The translations under genes were made by a program, and so were the position numbers. The notes under the pieces are model-generated. The model was not told where the DNA came from. It searched no databases and worked only from the letters and a program-made list of their open reading frames with translations. Positions 36,101-45,741 of a DNA stretch of 64,000 bases are shown here, piece after piece; positions within the stretch are counted from its first letter, which is position 1, and each line of letters starts with the position of its first letter. The stretch is from NCBI GenBank assembly GCA_034667685.1, contig JAXDQU010000033.1, positions 1,769-65,768 on the forward strand, read 5' to 3'. The DNA is from Thermoplasmata archaeon. Its GTDB lineage: Archaea > Thermoplasmatota > SW-10-69-26 > JACQPN01 > JAJPHT01.

Positions 36101-39100
36101 TCCTCGACCGCTTCCTCGGCACGGTCCACGCGCTCGTCGTGCAGAAGGGCAAGCTCTGGCTCGCGGCGGACAGCGGCGCGCTGCTCCTCAACGACACCGG
36201 GTACTGGCACCTCGCGTCCGTGGGCGGGAGCGAGGCGGCCTCCGACTTCACCGACGCCCTGCTCGTCGAGGGCGTCCTCTACGTCACCGGCAGCGGCGGC
36301 CTCGTCGCGCGCCAGCCCGACGCGGCGACGCGCCCGCTCCAGCTCGCCGCGTACGGCCCGCTCCCGCAGGTCCACCTGGGCCAGACGCCCGACGTGCTCG
36401 CCATCGCGCAGGCGCCCGGCGGCGCGCTCTACGTGCAGGACTCGCTGGGCCGCGTCCTCTTCTGCAACGCGTGCGACGCGCCCGCGGCGCCGCGCTGGGC
36501 CGTCGCGAGCCTCGCGCTTCCGCCCGTGGGCGACGCGCACGCGCCCGCCCGCGTCGTCGCGCGCGCCGCGAGCCCCACCGCGCTGAGCCTGCTCACCACC
36601 GGAGGCGCGGTCCTCGACTTCGCGCAGGGCAGCGCGGCCGCCGACAACCTCGGCGACTGGCAGGCGCTCCCCGACCTCTACGCGCAGGACGGCGCGCTCG
36701 AAGTCCAGCCCTCGCCCAAGGCGGCCCTGCAGGCCTACCGCGTGCTGCTCCCCGCCGCGCAGACCGGCTTCGACCGCTTCCACGTCACGCTCCACCACAA
36801 CGTGATGCAGGCCTCGTCCACCGCCGAGGCGTACGTGCGCCTCGTCTACAGCAGCGCGTTCCCCGACGGCACGCTCGCGCAGGGCATGACCGGCCTCAAC
36901 AGCGGCCTCTACACCTGCCCCCCGCCCAGCGGCGTCTTCTCCTCGCTCAACCAGGGGCAGGTCCCCGCCGTGGGCGCTGGCGTCGGCGGCGCCGACCGCG
37001 TCCCCTTCGGCGGCGACGTGTGCCAGTACAACGGCACGCTCGTCCAGGTCGGGAACCTCTTCCTGCAGGACGTCGCCAACTTCACCGCGCCCACCTCGGG
37101 CGGCTGGGACCAGGTCACCCTCGACGTACCCGTGGGCACGTACAACAGCGCCGGCCGCCAGGTCCTCGGCTCCTTCTACGGCGTCGAGTTCCTCCACGCG
37201 GGCCCCGCGCGCTGGGCCATCGATGACATCACCGTCCTGGGCCACGACGCGACCGGCTGGCACACGCTGCTCGACTACGGCGGCTCCGGCCACGCGCAGG
37301 GGCTCACGCGCACCGTGGCGTACCCGATCGGCGACGCGCTCGCCTCGGCCGGCCAGCTCGGCGGCGTCGTCGACTCGAACGCGAACAAGCCCAGCACCTG
37401 GGACTTCCACGAGGTCGACTCGCCCTACGGCTACGGCCTCGACAGCCCGTGGCACCTCACGACGCTGGGCGCCCAGCCCGTCTGGGCCGCGAACGACGAG
37501 CTCCAGGGCGGCGGCTCCTCGCCCCACCTCGACTCCAACGTGAACGCGCGCCTCGTCTCGCCCGTGCTGGACCTCTCCAGCGCGTTCGACCCCGTCGTCT
37601 CGTTCCGCCACGCCTACGCGTTCCGCACGTACACGAAGGACGACATGCTGGCGGCCGGCGACACCGGCTGGCTCGAGGTGCAGTACCTGCGCCAGGGCCC
37701 CGACGAGTGCCCCCCGCCCGCCACGTCCGACACGACGTGCGGCTGGACGCCCTTCTACAACGTCACGCCCGACGAGGGCTACCCCAACGGCGACGACATG
37801 GGCTACCCCGGCTTCGTCAAGAACGACATGACGACCTACAAGCCCACCTGGCCCGACACCCTTTCCGGCTACATCACGGACCAGGCCGGAAGCGCCGCGC
37901 ACCCCAACCCCGGCGCCGAGTTCCTCCCGCTCGTGGGCCCCGACGCGACCAACCCCGCCTCGAACGCGTCGCACTCGTTCTGGTTCCGCTCCGCGCGCCC
38001 CGGCCCCGACGGCAAGATCACCTCCGTCCTCGACCCCGCGACCTACCAGGCGGTGCGCGTCGACCTGAAGCGCGCCGCGTGCCGCCAGGCGTTCGTCGAG
38101 GCCGACAAGGGATGCATCCCGCTCGACATGGCCGGCCACACCGTGGACCTCTCGGGCCACCAGGTGCGCTTCGCGTTCCACCTGGAGACCAACCACGTCG
38201 TCGACAACGGCGTCGACGCGCTCTACGGCTGGCAGAACGCGGAGAACCAGGGCAAGTGGCCCACGTCCTACCCCGGCGAGGGCTGGTACGTCACCGACTT
38301 CCAGGTGGAAGGCGCCAACCCGCTGGGCATCGACCTCACCGCGTCGAGCCTCGTCTTCCGCGAGGGCTACGACACCGCGCGCCTGGGCGTGGGCCCCGGC
38401 ACGCGCGTGCCCGTGAACGTCACGATCGCCAACCACGGCCTCTTCGACGTGATGGGCTACACCGGCGCGCTGGAGATCCGCCGCGTGCTCGACCCGGTCC
38501 ACAAGACGAGCGAGCTGATCCAGACGCTGCCCCTCGCGCAGCAGCCGCAGATCGCGCCCGGCGAGAGCGTCAACCAGACGTTCTTCTGGGACGTGCCCGC
38601 GCAGGAGGGCGGCCTCTACGCGCTGACCTTCACGCTGACGCCCCTGGGCATCGACCGCGACGAGAACCCGCTCGACAACCTCGTCAAGCTGGGCGCGCTC
38701 ACCGCGCCCATCGTCGCCGCCTCGCATCCCGAGTTCCACGTCGAGACGATCGTGCGCCCGCAGAACGCGACCAGCGAGATCCCGCGCGCCATCGCGATCT
38801 ACCTCGACAACACCGGCAACGTGCCCCTCTCGGGCTTCGAGGTCACGCGCGACGTCCGCGACCAGAACGGCATCAGCGTCGACCACCGCACGTTCCAGAC
38901 GGTGCGCCCCGTCGCCGAAGGCACGCGCGTCAACCTCGCCGCCGTGGCCGACCTCGACCCCTCGACGGACGTCTTCTTCCAGCCGCCCGCCGCGCAGGAC
39001 TACAAGCTCCTCGTGAGCGCCACCACGGGCGCCCTGGTCGACGGCGAGACCACCACCGTCCGCTCGCTCGACGCGTTCCTCTTCGACGACGCCGAGAGCG

Positions 39101-42100
39101 GCGTGCAGGGCGAGTCGTTCCGCGGCGACTGGTCGCTCGATCCGGCGTGGGCCGCGCAGTCGCCCGGCTTCCGCAGCGACGCCGCCTACGGCTTCGGCGA
39201 CCCGACGACGAACAAGTATCCGGACAACGCCGACGCCTCCGCCACGCTCCCCGTCGTCGACGTGGGCAGCGCGCGCGACGCCAAGGTCGCGTTCTACTCG
39301 CGCTATCAATTCGAGCCCGGCTTCGACGCCGGCGCGCTCCAGGCCTCGGCCGACGGAGGCAGGACGTGGGTCGATCTCCCGGCCTCGCCCGATCCGCTCA
39401 ACGGCCTGCCCACGGGCTTCCTCGCGGACGCGCCGCTCTCGCCCTCGAACCCGCTCCACCCCGACGGGAACCCGGACAAGACGACGTACGCCTTCACCGG
39501 CGACTCGTCCACGCTGCCCGAGGCGCCCGGCGGCTGGGTCTTCAGCCAGTTCGACCTGACGCGTTTCCCGAACGTCACGCTCTCCAACGTCGCGTACGCG
39601 TTCTACCGCAACCTGGAGCTGAAGGACTACCAGCTCGCGAAGGGCAACAACACCGCGCTCCCCGCGGGCCTCGCGAACAATGCGACGTACACCTCGTCGA
39701 GCTGGGGCTCCATCGCCAACCCCGACACGCTCTGGCAGGTGCAGAACCTCACGCAGGACGCCGGCCCGGCGGTCGACGCCGCGCTGGGCAGCGACGCCGC
39801 GACGCCGCCCACGGGCGACGGCTCGCTCTGGTGGTCGGGCTCCGCCTCGCTCGCGGACGACGGGAAGGTCACGCCGAGCAACCAGATGCTCAACGTCCCG
39901 GTGGACCTCACCGGCTACGACGCCAAGGACCGCAACGCCGTCACGCTCGACTGGTGGGAGTGGGCCGGCCGCTTCGGCCAGGTCTTCATCTACCGCGACA
40001 ACACGACCAACGATCCGCCCGCCGCGACGAGCAGCTTCGTCAACGCCTTCGGCGGCTTCGACGGCCTCCAGAACCCCTCGCCCACGTACCGCTACAACGT
40101 GAGCAAGCCCACGGTCATCGAGACGCGCGGCCACTGGTACCACATGGTCTCGGACGTCTCGGCCCTGAAGGGGCGCGCGTTCAACGTCACGTTCGTCTAC
40201 GCGCCCATCATCGGCGCCTCGGGCAGCGGCAGCGCCGACGGCACGAACTGCGCCACGCAGACGCCGGCCAACTTCCGGGCGAAGTGCTTCGGCGGCAGCG
40301 GCGTCAACCTGGACGACCGCGGCTTCGCCATCGACGGCTTCCACGTCGTCGCCTCGCACACGCTCAACGGCCAGGTGGCCGACGCGCGCACGATCCTCTC
40401 GACGGCGGATGCGTGGAGCCGCGCGCAGGTCGTCGCGTGCCCGCAGACCGGCGCGGCCAACGAGCTGCCCTGGCGCAGCGGGTCCAATGCGTTCTACCCC
40501 TGCTACTCGCAGGTCCACGCGGACGACGGCACGCACCAGCCCGACATGTTCCCCACCTTCGACGCCTACGCGCCCCTGGCGAAGGACAGCCTCGGCCTCA
40601 CCTGGTCGCGCGCCAGCGCCGTGCCCGGCGTGCCCAGCGGCTGGACCACCATCCCCGTCGTGGACGCGGACGGCTTCGGCCCCGGCGGGCCCGCGGGCGC
40701 CAAGACGCCCCTGGGCGAGACGCCCTTCGCCTGGTACTCGGGCGCGCCCAACGCCTCCAACAGCTTCGCGCCCGCGACGAAGATCACCTCGTGCGCGTTC
40801 CCCGACAAGCCGTGCCCGACGCCCGGCTCGGAGTCGCGCCTCGTGACGCCGGTCTTCGACCTCGCGCGCATCGCGGGCTCGGACGCCGCGCTGACGTTCA
40901 CGCACCGCTACGCGTTCAACCAGCTCTACACGGGCTCCACCGACTATCCGCTCGCCTCGGGCGGCGTGGTCGAGGTGCAGGCCTTCGACGACGCGACGGG
41001 CACGTGGGGCCCCTGGCAGCAGATCTACGCGCGCCCCGACGCCATGGACCCGTACCCGGTCGATCCGGTCACGGGCCACGCGCTCCTCAACCTGACCTAC
41101 GACGGCGAGCACGGCGCGTTCGGCCCCGCGCGCGGCGGCTACAGCGCCTTCACCGTGAACGCCACGCCCGGCACGCTGGGCCTGCGCGCCCAGGACTCGC
41201 CCTTCGAGGCGCACGCGCCCACGCAGGGCGTCAAGACCGACGTGCAGTACCTCTACTCGGGCTGCTCGCGCGCGATCGCGGACAACGAGAACGGCTGGGT
41301 CGACGCGCGCTTCGACGTCTCGCGCTTCATCGGCCAGAAGGTCCGCTTCGGCTTCCACGTCGCGTTCAATGCGCGCAGCGTGGGGATGACGAACGACACG
41401 GCCTCGCCGACGCTGGCGACCTGCACGGCCCGGGACCCCACGCCGCTCACCGCGAAGGAGGGCGGCTGGTGGATCTCCAACCTCAACATCGTGGGCGACG
41501 TGCTCGCGGGCGGCCCGATCCAGCTCCGCCTGCGCGCCGCGACCGACGGCGACGTGGACGCGGGCCACTGGCAGGTCGACGACGTGTCCGTCTTCGGCCA
41601 GCGCTACCAGAGCAACCTCGCGCTCTTCGCCGACGACGCGGCCGTCCACCGCGCGCTCCCGGGCAGCACGATCTCGATCCCGATCACCGTGCGCAACCTC
41701 GGCTCGCTGGTCCGGCACGGCGTCGCCGTCGAGGCGCACCTGCCGCCCGGGGGCATGCGCGGCACGGTCACGCTCTCGGGCCACGGCAGCGCGGGCAACG
41801 CGAGCGAGGCGCTCGACGCGGCGCGCGACCTCTCCGACCCGGCCAACGGCGGCATCCTGCTGCTGGCCAGCGCGGTGGCGCCCGGCGACGCGACGACGTT
41901 CGTGCTCAACGTCACGCTCGACCCGACCGCGCCCGCGGGCCAGACCTCCATCATCCTCACGACGCTGGAGCTCGACCCGACCTCGGGCCAGTTCCAGCGC
42001 ATCACGAGCAACGAGGTGCAGGGCCTGCTCCAGCGCGTGCTCACGCTCAACGTGACGCAGACGGCGCAGCTGAGCTTCCTCTCGCGCGCCACGACGCCCG

Positions 42101-45100
42101 TCGTGGGCGTGCCGGGCGCCTCGGCGGACCTCTCCGTCGTCGTGGGCAACGACGCGGGCGTGCCCGTGACCGCGACGCTCCAGTGCAGCGGCTTCATCAA
42201 CGACCACACGAAGCCCGCCGACACCGGGAGCGCGGACTACGTGCCCGTGAACGTGACGCGCCAGGTGATCCCCGACTGCGGAACGCGCACCGTCTCGATC
42301 CCCAACGGCGGCCGCGTCAGCGTCCACTTCAACGCGACGCCCACCGCGAGCGGCATCCTGCACTTCCACGTCGCCGGCCACGGCAACGACGGCACGGTGG
42401 GCGGCTTCGACGTCGCGCCCCTGGACGTGGCGATGCCCGTGGGCCAGACGCCGCAGCCCTTCGCCGATCCGTTCAACGCCTCCTCCGACGTGGCGAGCAA
42501 CTGGACCACCGGGACCGGCGAGCCCATCGCGTGGTCGTACACGCGCGGCCACGACGCCACCGGCGCGATGATCGTGGGCCTCGACGACAACGCGTCCAAC
42601 CGCGGCGACACCGACCAGCGCCCGGCGGGCGGCCACTTCCAGGCCGTCACGCCCCTCGTCGACCTGCACAACTACACCGCCGGCCAGCCCGCGTTCCTGA
42701 CCTTCTGGCACCAGGACCGCTTCGGCGTGGGCGAGGGCGCGGACGTGAGCGCGTTCGTCATCGACGACGAGACCACCGGAGTCTCGCGCACCAGCGTCGC
42801 CTCGTGCAAGCTCTATCCCGTCACCGGCTACGAGGGCAGGCTCACCGAGTACGTCGCGCCCATCGTGAACAACCAGAAGGTCGGCGTCGACGACCTCAAC
42901 GCGGCCTGGGGGAGCGGCGGCGAGTACCTCGCCTACAATGGCAACGTCGAGGGCGGCTCCGGCTTCCACGCGAGCGCCGACGCGGCCTTCTTCGTGAGCA
43001 ACGGCACGTGGGAGGAAGGGTGGAGCAAGGCCGTCTTCGACCTCGCGCACCAGCCCGCCTGCCGGGACAAGAACACGAAGGCGCCCCTCGACCTCGTGGG
43101 GCACCAGGTGCAATTCGTCTTCGACGGCTGGACCGGCTCGAGCGCGACCGACGCGAACACGCTGCGCGGCCGCGGCCAGGGCATGGTCGTGGACGACGTG
43201 AGCGTGGGCCCCTACCAGCTCGCCATCCACCCGGTCAACGCGCAGCGTGCCATGCTGCTCGACAACACGACGAAGACGTTCAACGTCATCGCGCAGAACT
43301 TCGGCTCGTACGCCGACCTCGTGCGCGTGGCCTACGACGCGGAGCACTCCTCCGCCCCCGCCGGCGCCATCTTGCCCGCGAGCGGGATCGTGGCGCTCCA
43401 GCCCGGCGAGTCGCGCGTGATCCCCGTCACGGTCACGCTGCCGCGCGACCCGAGCCTGCTCTCCACGACGTACCACGCGACGCTGCTGGTGCAGAGCGTG
43501 CTCGACGGCGCCGCCGGCGCGGCCACGACGCTCGACGTCGCCTTCGCGCCGCGCTCGCTGCCCGACCTGGGCGTCTCGGTCGCGCTGCCCACCGGGGCCG
43601 CCGGCTCCGTGCAGGAAGGCACCGACGCGTTCATCCCCATCACCGTGGACAACCACGGCCTGGCGGACTCGCCCGCCACGCGGCTGCGCGTCGTCGACCG
43701 CTGGGTCGAGGGCGGCACCGACACGCCCTACGACCTCGCGGTGCCCGCGGTGCGCAGCTACTTCAACGCGCCCGACCAGTCGAGCGCCGTCCTCGAGCTC
43801 GCCTGGCGCCCTGCGCGCGGCACGGTGGGCACGCACGAGCTGATCGTCCAGGCGGACCCGGACGGCCTGCTCGACGAGTACACCCGCGCCGACGACCGCG
43901 CCGTGCTCACCGTCCCCGTCTCGCCGCTCCTGGTCCCGGACCTTGATATCACGAGCGCGACGGGCCTCCGCGTGCGCAATGCGCAGGGCTCGCCGGTCGA
44001 CCCCGCGCAGGACGCGGACGTCTCGCGCTACGAGGTCACCGCGGGCGAGCTGGTCGGCTTCGAGCTGAAGGTGCTCAACGCCGGCCGCGCCGCGGCGACC
44101 AACGTCGACGTGCGCGCGAGCATCGGCTCGCTGACGCTCCCCGCGAAGACGATCGCGTTCATCCCCGCGGGCGGCCAGGCCATCGTGACGTTCAACTGGC
44201 TCGCGCAGAAGGGCGAGTACAACCTCAGCTTCGACGTGCGCAACGAGCAGCTCCAGCTCTCGACGGACAACGACCACTTCCCCGGCACGGGCCTCGTGCT
44301 CCTGACGGTGAAGGACTACGAGGTCCACGTCGACCTGGCGCCGCTCCCGGCGGCGATCGACGCCGGAAGCTCGCTGAAGGTGCCCTTCAACGTCACCAAC
44401 GCGGGCAACGCGGGCGAGGAGCTGCGCTTCGTCGCGCAGGCGCCGCAGGGCGTCACCGTGACGCTTCCGCGCGACGGGCTCTTCCTGCGCGCCGGCGAGA
44501 CGTACAACGGAGTGGCGCGCGTCGACGTCAGCGACGTCGCCGTCGCAGGCGCGCCAATCCCACAGTTCATGAAGGTGCTCGCGATTTCGCGCGAGAACCC
44601 CATGAAGGTGGCCTCCGCCCAGGCGCCTCTTGCGGTCCGCGCCGAGTACGCGGGCTCGCTGGTCGCCACCGTCGCGAGCGGCTCGCCCCCGGCGCTCCTG
44701 GTTCCCATCACCGCGCGGAACGAGGGCAACAGCCTCGAGCCCTGGACGATCCGCGTCGACCTGCCGGCGGGCTGGGCCGCGCAGGAGACGCTCCCGTCCA
44801 AGCTCGTCGTGCCCCCGCGCGGCCAGGCCACGCTGCTGCTGCACGTGAGCGTGCCCATGGGCACCGCGCCCGGGCCGCAGGCGGTCGTCACGCACGCGAC
44901 GATGCCCGATGGCGAGACGCGCGAAGGCGCGGTCTCCGCCAACGTGCTGCCCGTGCGCGCCGCCACGGCGAAGGTCGTGGACGCGGACGCCAAGCCCGCG
45001 CAGGGCGCGTTGGCGTACCCCGTCGCGATCCAGAACGAGGGCAACGTCGCCACCCCCTTCGAGCTGCTGCTCACGCAGCTTCCCGCGGGCGTGCAGGCGA

Positions 45101-45741
45101 CGATCGAGCCCTCGCGGTTCAGCCTCGCGCCGGGCGCCAAGACCGTGGCGACGCTGCTCGTCACCCCCAACGCAAGCATCCAGGCGGGGGACTACCCCGT
45201 CACCGCTTACGCGCTCTTCCCGGGCGTCACGCCCGACACGGCGGAGGGGCACGCGAACGTGCAGCAGCTCAAGGTGAGCATCGTCCGGCCCGACCTGCAG
45301 GTCTCCACGCTGGAATACGCGCCGCGCCAAGGGCTGCGCGCGGGCGACCGCGTGAACGTGCGGGTCCCGATCGCCAACGGCGGCACGGGCGCCGCCGCGG
45401 ACGTGCCGGTCCACCTCTTCGTGGACGACGTGTTCGCCGGCGAGACGCGCGTCGCCTCGCTCGCGGCGGGCGGCCAGACCGAGGCGACGTTCAACTGGAC
45501 GGCGCTGCCTGGCGCCCACACGCTCACGGCCGTGGTGGACCCGTACAACGACACCGTCGACCCCGTGCGCGCCGACAACGCCGTCGCCGCGCAGGTCAAC
45601 GTCGGCGGCGGTGATATCACGGGCGGGCTCGCCGCGCAGCGCTCGAAGGTCCCCGGCCCCGAGCTGGGCCTCGCCCTCGTGGCGCTCGCCGCCCTCGCCC
45701 TGGCCCTCGCCAAGCGCGGGCCGAGGAGGCCCCCCAAGTGA
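33157..45741 (+). CDS. Giant surface protein 2 (4,194 aa): signal peptide, five jelly-roll-like modules, propeller-like segment, CARDB-type array, C-terminal VPGPEL plus TM plus basic tail
   Basis: GTG start gives (M)TIAAQFPKTAALLVTLLMAMPVSGVAGAQS. Recurrent module signature WLVSPMMDL, RLVSPVLDL...FRHAYAF, RLVTPVFDL...FTHRYAF, AVTPLVDL...FWHQDRF. Propeller-like blades (ALYLVGDNGTVL, KLWLAADSGALL, VLYVTGSGGLV, ALYVQDSLGRVL). CARDB-like units starting PDLGVSV, PDLDITS, PDLQVST. The part of ORF 26665-45741 upstream of 33157 is Arg-rich shadow. Confidence 0.85.
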   Translation: MTIAAQFPKTAALLVTLLMAMPVSGVAGAQSLPDVPRIPSLPLPGPHDHCVQSELTQPQLLADLNAALGGDLYFADDHGAPVLCGADNQPLAQYATLMAEGKGVIEQYNATAALLQRQADERDRATLPQGDIIYPTFPLLKDDFNGHRVGGVGAWSVVTEHGEDPLIRLADTTDANGTRAEYRFGDATGYARGAHQWLVSPMMDLDAVRGNADALRSLLAAEDAAIRTLATLCDQGSLGSSPTIPPDPNDLGNPSRGPGGQSPLSVVCGRNEIPVPFLEQSPYDKPGQVLVAAMTQQVKGITAKLPLVRDAATLTFGYRFNLANQTDGVRAWLYLGDDAPDRSTLFDATRFGTGASQAALDDAAIREANSAGAKQNACNNGGGNVDPILCHDAGTGGILLDPEATTGRNGGACALRDMAPVAAFRDDASADPDQACAFTGDHAGTLRFDLTNHTGQRAWLLLEVKTVAPSGRAGDAGFFQDASSFPRQTGFGFELQRVDAEGQAWYRNVRVENVGLNLPHTPAGNPAGDDPATVRIVAPGLAAPPVAVDLLNAGAEVENGTLRVSASLREDDGTLAGAVDLAGETHVVNLTPGEARRVWFSWTQPPVEGRRYALSAALTGDDATTNTGDITNLNTTTATQPNATAARLPNMASQPGGVDHTTASVDARAYVRHALTAVHAERDAGGAPLEVCSEIRNTICAPQPAAKKGETRMLQVGVRNDGSQDEVVTAQLQLSLGGVDKSSAIVDGATRDVGVLAPGETRIVSWTLIPSDPGAYAATAVFTTPAGTTVTATRQVYVQRTTGMLCFDNEGSDRECAPGFVLSQPDALAGLDVTAGYQSQDGLVVATAIRQDAGALYTRNAQGAWTATRDLSNQTLAGALHLATPANDTGFGSIRAFLQGPDALYLVGDNGTVLRDAPDGLTSIRFNDTLRPFALTTAAWWNGTLWAGGAGSQLVFWNQSAHEMQPDLNVTYYRTGSDGKPVLDRFLGTVHALVVQKGKLWLAADSGALLLNDTGYWHLASVGGSEAASDFTDALLVEGVLYVTGSGGLVARQPDAATRPLQLAAYGPLPQVHLGQTPDVLAIAQAPGGALYVQDSLGRVLFCNACDAPAAPRWAVASLALPPVGDAHAPARVVARAASPTALSLLTTGGAVLDFAQGSAAADNLGDWQALPDLYAQDGALEVQPSPKAALQAYRVLLPAAQTGFDRFHVTLHHNVMQASSTAEAYVRLVYSSAFPDGTLAQGMTGLNSGLYTCPPPSGVFSSLNQGQVPAVGAGVGGADRVPFGGDVCQYNGTLVQVGNLFLQDVANFTAPTSGGWDQVTLDVPVGTYNSAGRQVLGSFYGVEFLHAGPARWAIDDITVLGHDATGWHTLLDYGGSGHAQGLTRTVAYPIGDALASAGQLGGVVDSNANKPSTWDFHEVDSPYGYGLDSPWHLTTLGAQPVWAANDELQGGGSSPHLDSNVNARLVSPVLDLSSAFDPVVSFRHAYAFRTYTKDDMLAAGDTGWLEVQYLRQGPDECPPPATSDTTCGWTPFYNVTPDEGYPNGDDMGYPGFVKNDMTTYKPTWPDTLSGYITDQAGSAAHPNPGAEFLPLVGPDATNPASNASHSFWFRSARPGPDGKITSVLDPATYQAVRVDLKRAACRQAFVEADKGCIPLDMAGHTVDLSGHQVRFAFHLETNHVVDNGVDALYGWQNAENQGKWPTSYPGEGWYVTDFQVEGANPLGIDLTASSLVFREGYDTARLGVGPGTRVPVNVTIANHGLFDVMGYTGALEIRRVLDPVHKTSELIQTLPLAQQPQIAPGESVNQTFFWDVPAQEGGLYALTFTLTPLGIDRDENPLDNLVKLGALTAPIVAASHPEFHVETIVRPQNATSEIPRAIAIYLDNTGNVPLSGFEVTRDVRDQNGISVDHRTFQTVRPVAEGTRVNLAAVADLDPSTDVFFQPPAAQDYKLLVSATTGALVDGETTTVRSLDAFLFDDAESGVQGESFRGDWSLDPAWAAQSPGFRSDAAYGFGDPTTNKYPDNADASATLPVVDVGSARDAKVAFYSRYQFEPGFDAGALQASADGGRTWVDLPASPDPLNGLPTGFLADAPLSPSNPLHPDGNPDKTTYAFTGDSSTLPEAPGGWVFSQFDLTRFPNVTLSNVAYAFYRNLELKDYQLAKGNNTALPAGLANNATYTSSSWGSIANPDTLWQVQNLTQDAGPAVDAALGSDAATPPTGDGSLWWSGSASLADDGKVTPSNQMLNVPVDLTGYDAKDRNAVTLDWWEWAGRFGQVFIYRDNTTNDPPAATSSFVNAFGGFDGLQNPSPTYRYNVSKPTVIETRGHWYHMVSDVSALKGRAFNVTFVYAPIIGASGSGSADGTNCATQTPANFRAKCFGGSGVNLDDRGFAIDGFHVVASHTLNGQVADARTILSTADAWSRAQVVACPQTGAANELPWRSGSNAFYPCYSQVHADDGTHQPDMFPTFDAYAPLAKDSLGLTWSRASAVPGVPSGWTTIPVVDADGFGPGGPAGAKTPLGETPFAWYSGAPNASNSFAPATKITSCAFPDKPCPTPGSESRLVTPVFDLARIAGSDAALTFTHRYAFNQLYTGSTDYPLASGGVVEVQAFDDATGTWGPWQQIYARPDAMDPYPVDPVTGHALLNLTYDGEHGAFGPARGGYSAFTVNATPGTLGLRAQDSPFEAHAPTQGVKTDVQYLYSGCSRAIADNENGWVDARFDVSRFIGQKVRFGFHVAFNARSVGMTNDTASPTLATCTARDPTPLTAKEGGWWISNLNIVGDVLAGGPIQLRLRAATDGDVDAGHWQVDDVSVFGQRYQSNLALFADDAAVHRALPGSTISIPITVRNLGSLVRHGVAVEAHLPPGGMRGTVTLSGHGSAGNASEALDAARDLSDPANGGILLLASAVAPGDATTFVLNVTLDPTAPAGQTSIILTTLELDPTSGQFQRITSNEVQGLLQRVLTLNVTQTAQLSFLSRATTPVVGVPGASADLSVVVGNDAGVPVTATLQCSGFINDHTKPADTGSADYVPVNVTRQVIPDCGTRTVSIPNGGRVSVHFNATPTASGILHFHVAGHGNDGTVGGFDVAPLDVAMPVGQTPQPFADPFNASSDVASNWTTGTGEPIAWSYTRGHDATGAMIVGLDDNASNRGDTDQRPAGGHFQAVTPLVDLHNYTAGQPAFLTFWHQDRFGVGEGADVSAFVIDDETTGVSRTSVASCKLYPVTGYEGRLTEYVAPIVNNQKVGVDDLNAAWGSGGEYLAYNGNVEGGSGFHASADAAFFVSNGTWEEGWSKAVFDLAHQPACRDKNTKAPLDLVGHQVQFVFDGWTGSSATDANTLRGRGQGMVVDDVSVGPYQLAIHPVNAQRAMLLDNTTKTFNVIAQNFGSYADLVRVAYDAEHSSAPAGAILPASGIVALQPGESRVIPVTVTLPRDPSLLSTTYHATLLVQSVLDGAAGAATTLDVAFAPRSLPDLGVSVALPTGAAGSVQEGTDAFIPITVDNHGLADSPATRLRVVDRWVEGGTDTPYDLAVPAVRSYFNAPDQSSAVLELAWRPARGTVGTHELIVQADPDGLLDEYTRADDRAVLTVPVSPLLVPDLDITSATGLRVRNAQGSPVDPAQDADVSRYEVTAGELVGFELKVLNAGRAAATNVDVRASIGSLTLPAKTIAFIPAGGQAIVTFNWLAQKGEYNLSFDVRNEQLQLSTDNDHFPGTGLVLLTVKDYEVHVDLAPLPAAIDAGSSLKVPFNVTNAGNAGEELRFVAQAPQGVTVTLPRDGLFLRAGETYNGVARVDVSDVAVAGAPIPQFMKVLAISRENPMKVASAQAPLAVRAEYAGSLVATVASGSPPALLVPITARNEGNSLEPWTIRVDLPAGWAAQETLPSKLVVPPRGQATLLLHVSVPMGTAPGPQAVVTHATMPDGETREGAVSANVLPVRAATAKVVDADAKPAQGALAYPVAIQNEGNVATPFELLLTQLPAGVQATIEPSRFSLAPGAKTVATLLVTPNASIQAGDYPVTAYALFPGVTPDTAEGHANVQQLKVSIVRPDLQVSTLEYAPRQGLRAGDRVNVRVPIANGGTGAAADVPVHLFVDDVFAGETRVASLAAGGQTEATFNWTALPGAHTLTAVVDPYNDTVDPVRADNAVAAQVNVGGGDITGGLAAQRSKVPGPELGLALVALAALALALAKRGPRRPPK
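45725..45741 (+). promoter_or_regulatory. Translational-coupling junction: GGAGG, 8 nt, then GTGA
   Basis: gaGGAGGccccccaaGTGAgc; GTG 45738-45740 and TGA 45739-45741. Confidence 0.7.
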
